64,000 nt of DNA from Schizochytrium sp. TIO01 (taxonomy: Eukaryota > Protista > Bigyra: Labyrinthulomycetes). A program made the position numbers and the translations under genes. The notes beneath the pieces were generated by a model. That model was not told the origin of the DNA. It worked only from the letters and a program-made list of their open reading frames with translations, and did no database searches. Positions 34,590-47,727 of the stretch are shown piece after piece. How positions within the stretch are numbered: the stretch's first letter is position 1; the number at the start of each line of letters is the position of its first letter. The stretch spans positions 2,456,747 through 2,520,746 of the forward strand of contig SMSO01000037.1 of NCBI GenBank assembly GCA_004764695.1, given 5' to 3'.

Positions 34590-37500
34590 CCTGTCGCTGT
34601 TCTGGTGATTCCAACGTGCCTCCGTTGCGCCTTCCTCCTGCGTAGCAGAAAGCCCCACCCACTATTACGAGTGGCGGATCAGTGGTCTTTTCGTTGTTTA
34701 ATGAAGAGCACCTGATCTGGATACGAAATGGGCGATGACGCGCTGCGCTGCCTGCGCACCCTTTTAGCGAATCCTCCGCTTTATCTTCCGATTAGCCTAC
34801 CACTATGATGTGATATAGCTTTTACCGAGTAGCCTGTGAAAAGGACCTCATGAGAGATAGTAGGTAGGGTACTACTAAGCTCTTTTCTATTCATTAAAAA
34901 CTAAATTTTAAAAATATGTGGGAGTCGCCTCCCCATATAATACGTCAAGAAAACTAAAGGAAAAGAGAAACAATTAAAGAAAACCATCGTACTACTATTT
35001 TATCTATCTTCTTTTTCTTTTTCTTTTTCTTTTTCCTTATCTCTCCTTTCAATTTTAATTTTAAAAGGTAAAATGATCATCTTTCTTTTCAAAGTTAAAT
35101 CAAACATTAAAATTTCATTTTAGAAGTAGATGAATAATTCCTTCTGTAAAAATGTTTTTTTCTGTTTTCTTTTAATTTTTTAAAACATAATAATGCATTA
35201 TTATACGGTAGCGGAATTGGAGGAAGGCTGGGGTGGGTGGGGCCCAAAGATGCTGCGTCATCTGCACCAATCTTCCTGATGATCCAATCATTATCAATTA
35301 TCGTCAAATCGACCAGGCTTAAGCACGGTGGCCAGGCCAGGTAGCCGGCCGTAGGAGTAAGCACCTAGATACCTGCTGGTGCTAATGATCTTGTGGTTCC
35401 TGTGCATCGAAGACATTTATTCCATGACAGGCACGAATTCATTCACTCGTTCACACGCTCATGCTCTCGTGCGCAGAAGTTTCTGCCAGCCCGACACGTG
35501 CTTGGCCGCCCCCCTTCAAAACAGGTGCACCAACGCCGCGGCAGCAGAACTTGAAGAATCGCACACGAAATACTCTTCAAAGATCGTATACTAGGTAGTG
35601 TTTGAAGTAGGCAAGAACGACGATAACCACCTTGAATGGCGAAAGTCGAAGACAATGTCTTATTAGTGAAGTTGATATTATAGATTGACCAGAGCCACAG
35701 AACCAAGTCTAGTTCTGTGAATTTGAATATGCATTCAAACCCTCGCGAGGAAGAGGGTGCAAGAGTGTGCGAAAGTTGTAGAACCGGAATAACCTAGTTC
35801 AGTTCTTTGCTGCTTATGTCTGTCTGCTCGAGAGGTCTTCTACCTACGTTGGAATTGGAGGAACAGAACCCGGCCTAGATGTACGTTGTTTAATTTTAGT
35901 TTGTTGTTGTTAATGGAAATACATTTTAATTTACATAAATAAAAAATTAAATTGAAAAGCTTGAAAGAAAATAAAAGCGTTTTTTTTTATTTTTTTGTTT
36001 TTTAAATAAATATTCAAGAAAGAGAAAGGTGCTACTAGTTGAGAGGAGTATGATGACGACAACTATAGTTGGGTGATCTAACAAGAGCGAGGCTGATCAT
36101 CATAGTGGTGGCTGATGAAAGGTAGGTTTATCATACATGGTGTGGTCCTTGATGGGGAATAGAATTGTAGAAACGATCACGTTGGTCTTGCTTGTAGTAG
36201 GCGTCTATCTACAGTGGCGAATAATTTCTCTGTGCGTCGGTCTGCAGTCTGATGATTGTGAATCTTTTCATGATTAGGCCCGTATTTTTAAAGAAATGTT
36301 TTTTTGTTTGCTTTTTTAACTAGTACTCACAGTACCTTCCGATTATTAATTTATATATCGATCGATTTGCCTGTGCAGCAGCAGGCGGCCAAGGAAGCTC
36401 GCGAGAGAGGGAATCCTCTGCCAGCAGCCAGCCTCTCGAGGCGTGCAAAGATGATGATGATGCATAGATCTAGAGACCAGGCTAATTTGCCGCGCGATGG
36501 GAGAGACTTTTCCTCGTCAGGAGGGTTTGCCGCAAGCCCCAGTCAGTATCTTGTTAGGACCAATGTCGGCACTCCTCGGGAGATTTAGGATGAACACGTC
36601 GTCATTTTCATTCACATACATGCTTTCTTGAAAAGAGGAGGAGAATTAAAAACGTTAGGTGGATAGATAGTACATACGTATGTTGATGGTGGTGGTGGTA
36701 GCGGTAGTAAAAGTGGTAACGAGAAAGTAACAACAACATCGTGATTTGAGAAGGTGCGCAAATTAGTGCAGCATTCAAGATCTAACAACCGAATGCGCAT
36801 GCAAAAGCATCACGGGTACCAACATTGTCAATTCGAGACCGACTATGCCTCAAATTGTTTGATATGGAGCGGTTGAATACCTCGTCTTCACCTTGCAAAC
36901 ATGCCGGCCTGTTGAGACCTTGACGTTCAACTTATTCGGCAAAGCTTCAACCGCTTGAGCAAGATGGAAGGAAACTCCAAGCAAATCTTCAAATTAAAAA
37001 ACAACATACGCACAGATACTCTGGCGCCATCAAATTTGTGACAAAGACATGTCCTAGCATCTGTAAATGGAAATCAAGTCGTCTGCAATTTAATGTACGT
37101 TAGACATAAGCATCTGCTGAGACATTTATTCACATGAAATTCGCTCATACGAATATTCTGCAGGAGCCAATTCATACATACTTTGGCTTGAGTATCATTT
37201 CTAAATGTGATGCTTAAACAAGTTCTTTCCAACTTCACAAAGGTCGTTCATTTTGTTTAATATTTTATCGGCCCACTCAGATAGCGGCATCACTACCTTT
37301 AAATTTTACACACTATGTTAGAGATCTTAAATGCGCCCCTCAAATCCTGATTGCGAAATTAGCAAAAGAGCATCGCGTACTTTCTCTCTTTAACGCTGGC
37401 AAACGAACCCTTCGCAAGTTGCACTTTAATCGAATAGATCACGGCATCATGTGCAGATGAGCCTGAGCAGGTAACTAACAGGTAGAGTAGTAAGTCGTTC

Positions 37501-40500
37501 TATTGCTCGCAAAGTCCACTCATTTATGGCCTGCCTCATCCTCAGACAGAAATTCAAAAGAACAGGTACCTCTTTGAGTCATGAAGCCTTCTCATTCTCG
37601 CCCCAGCAGAGGTGTCAATCTTATCGTTAGCATGCCCTTCTTGCCCCATCGAGCGAGCGCCGCTGGTTTCCAGCTGCCAGGTGAAAGCACAAGCGATTGC
37701 CAATCGACAACAAGCACTACAACTACTGAACACGAACGAGCGCGATCGAGGAAAGGAGAAGGAAGGAAGCAACAAGCAGGTTGGTTATCTGCTGTTCGCC
37801 CATCAATTCATCTATCGTGCGGCCTTGCCTCCACTCGATTCAGGAGGTCGCGATGGAGACCCAGAGAACCCCAAGACGGTGTTCTCTGGGCCGGGGCAGA
37901 GGATTTATTTACAACTGCTGCGTTCCGCTGCGTCCTTCATTGAGTGCGGTATGGTAGGGCGCAGATGCAGCGGGCACAATGCCAGCTTGCCAGTGCACTT
38001 GTATCTGCACCAGCTACGATGCGATTATACGTCCGCCCAAGCAGGGAGGCAAACGCACCTTGAAATGGCCACCACGAATTTATTTCCCATCGCTCCGGCG
38101 GGTCTGAAGCTTGCCTCCTTTTGCTTACGTCTTCGATCGCGCAAGCATAATCATGTCCCCGGGGACCAGGTACACACTCGAAAGGAAAATGACGCGCCGG
38201 GTTGTGCTGTCCTTGTTAAAGATGGTGAGGTACTCTAGCTAGGCACGTAGTGCTACCTAACAACTTCTAGCCTTCGAACGACGATCGTATTACGTAGAAA
38301 TCGTAGGAGCGTCTTGACTTTGGAGTCGGAGTAAGCAATCAAGAGCTGGGAAGCAGTATGGAGATATAAAAGCAAATAGGGGTAATGGTGGGCTAGGTTG
38401 TAGCAGAAGCCTTGTCTGCCGGTTATATGCATGTGGCCTGCGATGTTTTTCAGAAAGCTAAAGTGTTATACATATTTATATTTTGTTTTTGCTCAATCTC
38501 CCTCTTTCTAGTTGCAAATAGGGGGAAGGTTCAACTAGGTGTAACCAAGAAATTAAAATTGAAATGGCCAGTACTGAAGAAATGACCTTACCCAACCCTT
38601 GACTTGATTTAATCCTTACATTTCTGCCTCAAGTTCATACATACTGAAGCAGCAACAGCTTCGCAGAACAAAAAGAGCTCTACAGTATGAAAAAACTCAA
38701 ATTGCAAAGAGTCTTTCCAACTCAATTATTCTTGCATCTCCAAATCGGCCTCGGCTGGAAGCGCTGCAGGACACATCTATGAAGCATTATGCTTTTCGGC
38801 AAACATAGAGCATGCAAAATAATCACCTGAATTTAACACGATTTCAAATATCCTATAACTATTGATTTGGATCTAAAATGGGCATGTAACACTTACTATC
38901 TTTCTTGTATATTCCATTGGCCTTCAAGAGGTCAAAACAGTTTGTCGAACCATATATATATGTTAAAGTCACTGACTAAAGCCTGCTTCTTTCATGTTGA
39001 AATGTTTGGAAACAACATGAGATCAACTAAAGCTGACTCTTGAACCTGGGGCTATTCCTACTTTCAATATGCTTGGCTAAAGCGAAATCAAAAAAGTACC
39101 GCTCAGCTTTTGTCTCGCACAAATATACAGTTCCAAGACCATTAATGAAGCCCCTCACAAGGTATACTATAGCTGACAAGGATTGAGCCACATTTGCCCC
39201 GTAATGATGTTAGCAGTCCATGAATCAAAACCCTATGTGCAAGTTCTGGCACTTCGACCTTGCTACTTAAACGTGATCAATGTTTCAAACACAATACTTA
39301 TGTTGCCGCCCGTGGTTTAAGGAGTACAACACGATCGATTCTTTTTACTCGAAGAACCACGAAAAGGGTTCCTTTCTGTCCACGAGATCTGAGCGAAAAC
39401 CAGGGAGACCGGTAATGAGTCAGATATTGCCCAAAAATAAGCGCGAGGAGAGCTTGTATTCTCAATTTTCGTACTCAAGTTTATTATCTAGAGCAGCCTG
39501 TCATTGGCTTGGTAGCTTTCAAAGTTTTTTTTCCTACTATTATTCTGATAGAGTAAAAGTGATTAAGTTATCGACTACCCAGTACTCCTTCATCAGTCAG
39601 CAGAAAACCAAAATAAACAAGTTAAACTAGAAGGTGCGATACAATGAGAGCGTCTGTATTGTAGAAAACTTACAATCAATAGCGCGCTTCTTTTAGGTGA
39701 ATCTATTACGTATTCGAGTAAACCGGTTCCTGGTACTCTATTCGATTCCCCAGAAACTTCTCGATCTTTTCATCCTGATGTTCTGCATTATCTATTTGCT
39801 GTAAGTACTATTTTGTAATATTCAGAATTTCAGACTAGCCCCGGAGTGAAAACAAAGATCCACATCAATAAATCATTTTGTAACGCGTGATTCTATTGCA
39901 AGTTAGCTGATTGTAGGGTTGATGGAGGGTCAAATGCCATTGATGCTACTGTAACTTGCGCTCTGAATCATTACAAATACAATCACTTGTTTAAGATCTC
40001 AAGAAACAAACGCTCAATATTAGCATTCAGATATCCGTAGTCATTTCAAAATCCTGAAAGCGCAACTACAACAGCAAATAAAGCACGTGGCTTCACTGAT
40101 TTACGGAGCACCTCCTGGTTCCAACCCCAGAGAGACAAGTTTATTTTACATTCCAACGTCTTTATCGAATAGCAAATGCTCAGAATAAGCAAGCAAAATC
40201 CTCGGTCGATTTATTAAAAGGTTTGCATGAAGACGAGAACATTTTGAGCACCATATGCCCGACATGCAAACAGTGTTCCTGAGGCAAACCCAATCTCACG
40301 AAACATGTACAAATAGTCAAATATATGCAGTTTGTTAACAAATTGCAAATGTCTGGATAGTCAAACTAAAATCCCGCATTAACTTTCAGGCAGGCGCACA
40401 CTCTATCCACTAACTTGAAGAAACCGTGACGCTTTGGAAACCAGATTTCACCACAGCCTACAAGAGATAAAGCAATGCTGATACAAACTTATAAAACGAC

Positions 40501-41678
40501 CCCGCTTTGAAATGATGTATTCGACAGGCAGCATTCAAATTAGAGTGTGTGCACAAAGTCTTCAATGCGTCTTCAAGTTTTTGCTTTCCTGCAATTGTTA
40601 TTTATGCACACTCGCACAAACTTTAACTGGACCACATCAGTACTGCCTTGATGGCGTTCCCTTAATTTATATTTCTTGAAATGTTTGTAGAAAACTTCAG
40701 TTGTTGGACTATGCCTAGGCCAGTAGTTCTTTCTATGATATTGATATCAATAACTGTATCGGGACATCTCAAGAGGTTGTAGACTAATCACATGCTCTAG
40801 CAATGATTCCTCATGCTGTTGCAAAGCAGATATGCAAAAGGTACTTGAGCATACAATACACCTTGTTGAAGTGTATTTGGGGAGATTGGTACTCAATGGC
40901 TGTATTCTGATGTATCATAATATACGTGCCTAGCCTGGTGATGCAAAGTATGCTTGAGAGTTTCCTAGTATTGTTATATCCAACAAGCTTCCTAGGCGCT
41001 TCCTCATAAATTCTTCGAACCAACTATGTATCTGCACCTCAATTGATAGATCTTCTTTTGTTAGCTTGGAGCAAACGCTCAGCTTGGGGTCATGTACCAC
41101 AGTAGATTTATAGATAACCTTGGAGTTGATATCAATGCTTAACATTTAAGGCGTGTGCACCCGGTTTACTCTGTGGCGCACGCGCTGGATGTGCAGGAAG
41201 AACTTAAGGAAACCAGATGGAATTCATCTCATTTTTGGCTGTACAGTCTCGGCTTTTTGCTCAGCGTTTTTGTGTACTAGGCGGCAGAGCTGGGGCACTG
41301 TCCTGGTCTTTGCCATTGGCAATCTTCACCAAGTGAAGAACCATTTGCCTCAAACTGTTCTTGTTTTTCATTAAAATGGTATTTGGAGAAAAGAAAGAAA
41401 GAAAAGGTCTTCTGCTTCTGTAGCATGTGCAAAAAGAGCGAGGTGTACGTACTCCTATGAGAGCTAGAGTTTAAGGTAGATCCTTGAGTTTTATTGATAT
41501 AGAAAGAAAGCAAGGAATAAGTGCGTCGAGCGTGGGCGTGCGTGGACCGGAGCTTGACAACTTTGTACAAGACAGAACCTTTGACCGTGGACTGCTGCTA
41601 CTGAGGCTGGTGGCTACTCGGAGGGCACCTAGATTCCTCATTCTAGAGCTCTTCCTGCACGGAAAGACGATTATCAAG

Positions 41679-43192
41679 ATGCCTCTCAGCGATGAGGTCT
41701 TCGATGGTACGTGAAGATGGACAGAGATGAGATTTAGTGCAAGGGACCTCTCTGCTCTATCTGCAAAAGCTGAGGTCCAACTTTGCGACCTCAAGTAGAA
41801 TAGACAAAGGTTATATTTGGGCAATAAGGTATCAGACAGGAACTAACGCTGAAGGATATGTTCTTTCTCTAATTCGGCAACGATTACGCATGATAACGAA
41901 TCGGTACTTGGGTGTATACAGAAGGTGACAGCACATGGGTCCAGTTCTGGTCTTCACGTATTGACGGTCCCATCGTGGGCGAAGCCCGCTTTGATTTCAT
42001 CAATATTCGCGAAATCAACATCAACACAAGTACTTTTCGCTCGTACGTTTTTCCTGTTGGTCTGTAGAAAATTGCATTTTGACATCTAACCTTTTCTCTC
42101 TTCATATATATTTTCAGAAAACTTCTGGTGTACGTCCGCGTGAAAATGTCTGACCTTGGAATCACCAATGCAGACCGTGTGCCTCGTCCCAAGAACCCGC
42201 ATTACATCCAAACATCCAATGGTCGCAAGATTTCAGAGTGGACACCCTGGGTTCAATTCCTTGGTGAAGTCTCTAAGCACACAGAGTGGGTCCGTGAACG
42301 TAATGGTAAGCTAACCTTTGCTTACGAATTTGACGGTACCTTTCCTCTGGGAGATCGCGGTGCATGGTTTCCCTTTGACTTTCATGAGCTCAAGGTCTCT
42401 ATTACGAGCAACTGGGATGATACCAAGCTTGTTTTTGTACCCTGGGCTGACACCTCAATCGATCGTGTCAAGTGGCCTCCTGAGCTTGCAGTTGCCATGC
42501 TTGATCATGAAACTACACTGGTAGATTCCAAGTGTGGCCGTGTTCGTGACGAAGAGGTGGTTCTTACGCTTCGCAACAAATTTACATGGTATAGCACGCC
42601 GAAAATCACCTTTTACAACTCTCAAGGTTTTAGTCGCTTTCGTTACAGTGAGGTAACAGGATCTGTTCTTGTGGATCGACGCGCTACTTTTGTACAACAT
42701 GTCGTGTATGAGTTTATGCGCCCATTGCTTCTTGCTGTGCTTGCACCACTTTCTATTCTCTTCTTCTCTGATGAGTCAGCCCGCCTTAGCTATAACGTGT
42801 CTTTGCTCGTGGCAATGAGTCTTGCTTTTATGCGCAGTACTGGTGACCGTGTAACCTTCTCCGACTACTACAAGCTAGCAATGTTCTTGTATGCTTCTAT
42901 TGCACTCGTGCTTTCTTCCTTCTCCAACATTATTCCCGATCTCGATAACATTAACGTGCAATTAGGAGCCTGGGTGATATTTCTGATGTTCCATGCTCTC
43001 TTCTTATTTGCGTACCTTAATTACACATGGCGCTCTCGGTCTTTGCACAACAAGTTCCACTCCTCGAGCGAAACAACTTATGAGGTTGTCCATTCTAAGC
43101 TTATTGCACACCTAGAAAAGGAGGCAGCAGAACTTGGGGCAATCTCTGTGGATATGGAGGACAGTACTGCTCAGAGCAGCAACCTTAAGTAA
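41679..43192 (+). CDS. Cys-less (Pro-loop) pentameric ligand-gated ion channel subunit; predicted exons 41679-41706, 41922-42042, 42118-43192 (407 aa)
   Basis: Two GTACGT...CAG introns (41707-41921; 42043-42117 with branch CTAAC at 42086) join the exons in frame. The protein has beta1-2 (PIVGEARFDFINIREININTSTF), WTPWVQF (loop A), YEFDGTF, WFPFDFHELKVSITS (Pro-loop), pre-M1 VDRR, and four TM helices (M1 with Pro, M2 ARLSYNVSLLVAM, M3 TFSDYY). Exon 1 is less certain than exons 2-3. Confidence 0.85.
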
Positions 43193-43979
43193 AAAGAACT
43201 CAGACACTTCATAATACGCCGCGGTGATTGCACCTGATCTTACATAATATGTCTGCAAGTCCTAGGGGGTTCACCCTTTTTGTTCTACTTTCTTAACATC
43301 CACCGTACCGCATACCTTTCTTTTCCCTTCACCCATTCGTCTTAATTTATCGCTTTTGTTCCATCCAAGTCTCTACAGTCACGTAAGAATAAATGTATGT
43401 GGCAGAAAGGAAACATCTGGCAGTTGAGGTTGCAAGCGGTCTTTGTCAACGCAATTTGCTTCAATTCTTTCTGTTCAGGGTTTTCAACAAAGCTGCCATA
43501 TCTGCATTCATACCTGTGCCTCTAGACACATGTCCTGTTTCTTGCAGGATTGAGCAATGACTATCCCTTAGATAACATCTGAAATCGTACCTATCTTCGT
43601 TTCGTTCTATATCACATTCTCCTAATTCTTGGTATGAGGACGAGTTTTAAATTATTGATGTCTCTTAAGGTACAAATCTATCTTAGACAAACGTTTTTCG
43701 TGAGAAAGCTTAAAGATATAGCAACAACTGAATTTGTACCTTCACTTGTCACATTGGTTTTCTTGTTAACCCTTGTTCTGCGGAACGCACTCTGTAATAA
43801 TAAATGATTTCGTATAAATCCGTTTGCGATATACGAGTCTCAAGTGATAAATTGGAGCATTGATGTATAAAGTCTATGTGCATTTAGTATTTGTATTGTT
43901 TTCAAAGAGTAGTTGAGGTAGTCTAAATGCATACTTGGTCTTCAACGTATACTATTCATTAAATTGTTGAGGGTATTGA

Positions 43980-45275
43980 TCATTTGGATGATGGCGAGGG
44001 TTGCTTCCCTGCTGGTTGCTCAGTCGGAAAACTGCATATACTACGAATGTAGCCAAGTAGACCTCCATCCTCTCCTTCGGCACCTTGCGTAGTACTTCCG
44101 TCAGTGATGGCAGCATGCTCTAGTCTGCTCATCATAACGCCCCCCTTGCTGTTTGTGGAAGGCGTAGGCAGAGCAGCAATGGTAGATGTGATGAATGCAG
44201 ATGCCCCAGGCTCGTCAAAATCTGAAAATGAGTGAGATTTCACTTCTGCAAGAGCTGCACTAACAATCTTTGAGCTATCACGCAAAAGTAACGTAATGGT
44301 CTTCTTCATTCCCTCTTCTATAGCATCAAGAGCTACGGCAGCCTTCTCGGCACCAAGCGCTTTTGGCAAGTCGAAGAACTGTTCGATATGAGCGATAGCC
44401 TCGGGCGACATTAAGTGCGACACCCGGGTCACATATTGATTCAGCATGTGTGTGTTCAGAACCTGGTTAACTGTCTGGTCAATCGCTACCACGCGCGCTC
44501 CGGGTTTCTGTCTTTCGTCTACGATAATATTACCCCCATTGCCGTCTGATCGCCAGATCGTGGGTACGCGATCCGGATTGTTGATTATCACATCAACAAC
44601 AAGCATAGCTCCAATTATTTGCCAATCTTTTTCTGAAAGCGCGTCCGGGTCGCGCTGTGATAGTGGCAAGTCATCCAGGTCATGGCCAGGGATGAACTCC
44701 ATAAGAACAGCACCAGATTCACGGAATCGTGGGCTATGAATCTCATTACATGTGCCGTGAACTGTCACAGGAACTTCACGCAGTGCCCAAATTAAAGACT
44801 CAAGCTCGTCGTCCGCAAGTGGTCGCGTCTGTGGGCATGGGACACCTACTGCACGCAGGAGACCAGCCGCAAGAATTTCGTTTGGAAGATCTTGAGTTTT
44901 TTGTTTAAGCACCACAACACCATTTTCCTCCTTCGCGAGTTTTATTAAAAAGCAACCAAAAGACCCAAGGCCAGCCTGAGCATGGTGGATTCCTTCAACG
45001 TCTTCTTTCGTCCAGTCACGAGCATGCATAATATCTGCAGCTTGCCCTTGTCCCCAATCATAGGAGAAGAGCTCCTCCGGAACTTTCCTTGGCGGGACTT
45101 TTGCTGCCTCACGCTCATCAAGAATCTTTTGTACTCGGTCGACCTTGATTCTCCACATGAAATGGTCATCCGCAATGGTCCTCGTCAAAGCTTTCGCGTC
45201 TTTCTCCAAGTCATCATGTCCAGCGCAAGCTGCATCGACTGCTTTTCGCAGCTCCTCGTCGCTTGGCGCACTCAT
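43980..45275 (-). CDS. Actin-fragmin kinase-like atypical protein kinase
   Basis: 431-aa ORF with G-rich GLGSFG, VVVLK, E+LA..L...+GVP.P..R, LMEFIPG, and IGAMLVVDVIINNPDRVP..W...GN.GNII...VVAID matching the actin-fragmin kinase catalytic domain. Confidence 0.85.
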   Translation of the reverse strand: MSAPSDEELRKAVDAACAGHDDLEKDAKALTRTIADDHFMWRIKVDRVQKILDEREAAKVPPRKVPEELFSYDWGQGQAADIMHARDWTKEDVEGIHHAQAGLGSFGCFLIKLAKEENGVVVLKQKTQDLPNEILAAGLLRAVGVPCPQTRPLADDELESLIWALREVPVTVHGTCNEIHSPRFRESGAVLMEFIPGHDLDDLPLSQRDPDALSEKDWQIIGAMLVVDVIINNPDRVPTIWRSDGNGGNIIVDERQKPGARVVAIDQTVNQVLNTHMLNQYVTRVSHLMSPEAIAHIEQFFDLPKALGAEKAAVALDAIEEGMKKTITLLLRDSSKIVSAALAEVKSHSFSDFDEPGASAFITSTIAALPTPSTNSKGGVMMSRLEHAAITDGSTTQGAEGEDGGLLGYIRSICSFPTEQPAGKQPSPSSK

Positions 45276-47557
45276 CCTTGCGAGACACTTTGAATCTATA
45301 TCTGATGAGCGGCCCTTAGTTGTGGTATCACCTCCAGTCTTCTACGAGCCTGAATACCCGCGCAGACTTTATCTTTGTTGTGTTCGCAGTCCTTTTCTTC
45401 GTGCACGTGCTATATATTCTTTTGCCAGCATTTTGAGGGTCCCAGTCTAGGTCCCACTTTACAATGGGACCTTGCATTACATTTTGCAGTCCTAGGACCT
45501 TCTACACACGTGCTAGTCCATCTCCAACAAACCTGAAACTCAACCTGCTCTGTGTGAACAGTATAAATTGCATGATCATCAGTATTGTCCCAAAACGCCC
45601 CTTGAGATCTTGCAAGCCAAGGGTATCGTAGGGCGTACAGAGTAAAAGTAGATGAACTTGAGAAAGGTGATCAACGTTAATTGCTCGAGAGATTGCTTTG
45701 AGCCACTGTAGAGCCGGCACGCAATCCTTAGATGCCCTAGATGCATAAGCTCAGGTGGGTGAATGAATGGTGAAGTTCTCGGATAATTTGCTCTGCACTT
45801 GTTTGCTGATTGAACTTCACCTCGGTTATTGTATCCTCAGGCTGCTCAGACAATTGCTATCTAAAACTAAAATTACTTTTTCACAACCAGCCTCTCGTTT
45901 GTCAGATGCAGAACAAACACCTTGATTCTAAAGTCTAGGACTGTTATTTCCTAAATCAATTCAGGCATTAAATGCATGCACCATCTGCGCCAGCAAGCGT
46001 TCAAGTATTTTTTGATATTCCCTCGCCCACGGCGAGCTAGAAGTAGCATATGGTGCATAAACTGCGCGCACCCATCAGAAAAGAACTGGCGCTGCTTCAC
46101 GAGTCATCATGATTATCATGATGCTGCACGTGCGAGCCTTTCATTAGAATTGGCAATCGAGACCGTGGTTATGAACCAGTGAGAGTAACAAGCAAGCCCT
46201 CCAAGCTGCCCCAGTGAACAAACAAGCGGCGAGCGAGTGAAGGCCCAACAGCTCCACTTACTGTTCTAAAAAAGAAACTAACTAAAATACCCAAATATAA
46301 CATCAAGGTGTCCATCACAGAATTGACTAAAGAAGAACACCATGCAAAGATGTAGCACATTACAAAGTTGAACCAGCACCACAAAAAGCAGTAGCCCCGA
46401 CTGCCACGCATGGGTATATCCTACTCGACCTCAAGAAGCGGCGAGCCACATCTGCGGCGGCGATGATGATCTACTGATCAGATACTTGCACTGCACACTA
46501 ACTGATGAGGCCAGAAAACAAATAAGAACGCCCATCAGACAGAAAGATATCGCAATTTCGGGTGGTGCCAAACCCATCGCGAGAATAAGCCCAGTGGAGT
46601 CGAGCGTTTCGCTTGGAATTTCGCACCATTATTCTAACCTTCGATACTAAAAAAACAACATGATGGCTTAAACAAACAACTAGTAGTACCTAATAGTTTT
46701 GTTAGCTTATATCAGATAGCACTGCACGCGCTGGAAAGAAGCCGTAGTGTGTAACAGGCCACCACGTCGCACGGCTGAGATGAACCCGTATGGGCGGCTA
46801 GCAATCGCGGTACTTGAGTGCACGTCACCAGTCAAGATGGCTGCCCCGCCTCGACCTTCTACAGCGTCAACACTATCATTGAAGCTTTTCAGAAATCACA
46901 ACTCGATGAACGGGGCTGCTTTGTTTCAATGAATATTTTGTTCTTCCTTTCCCTGCACTTATACCTGTATCAATATCTACAGGGCATTCCTGGTTCTGCT
47001 CTCTGCACACCGCCTCCTTATGAGCCATAAGGAAACCCTCCCCTGGAGGCACACTACACTGCTCACAACCCCCATACTGTGTGCAATAAAAGCTGCTTGC
47101 GTGTATGGCCGTGAATTATACTAGTTTTGTACTAGGGAGGAGAAAAGAAAGTATCTGCTCTTAACATTGTCATAGAAGTAAAGGACTTGTGGGAGAATGT
47201 AAATGTTAAAGTAAAAGAATAACAATAAAAAGAAAAAAGGCGCCGCGTGCGCGTGCAAGCAAGAGCGGAGCTGAGATCGCCGTCAAGTTGGCTGCGGCTG
47301 AGGTGCCTGTGATGCTGTTTCATGCCAATGTATGGCGGTTTAGGTTTCTCAGTGAGAAGCAGTTTCGCGCTGGACGTGGCGGCGTTGCGACTTACGCTAA
47401 TGTTGTTTTGTTTTCTTTCTTAAGTGCGATGATGAGGCTGAGTGTAAGAAGCTAGAAAAAAAGAAAGAACGAAATACGGACTAATCATGACTACTTCTGA
47501 GGCAATCATTATTAGTTTTTATTTATTTATTCATTCATTCATGAATTGATGAATTCA

Positions 47558-47580
47558 ATCGATCGATCGATCGATCGATC
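47558..47580. repeat. Self-complementary (ATCG)n microsatellite about 150 bp upstream of the BTB-GTPase start
   Basis: Read directly; preceded by ATTT and ATTC units. Confidence 0.9.
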
Positions 47581-47727
47581 TTAATTGATCTGTGGAACAA
47601 ACTGCTTTCATCGAATCCTGAGCCAGCGAACGGCGCTGGGTCGCTGCGTCGATCGCCTGCCCGCTTCGCAGTTGGGTCAGCGGTACACGGACTTGGTGTC
47701 AAGAACAACTGAGTGAGGTTAGGCAAG

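Noticed and set aside
22900-38300. Many 60-200 aa ORFs in the desert (e.g. 37612-38238, 33586-34056, 24654-24935)
   Set aside because: Mostly non-ATG starts, microsatellite-derived runs (poly-T, poly-L, SINQ, KERK) and no recognisable domains.
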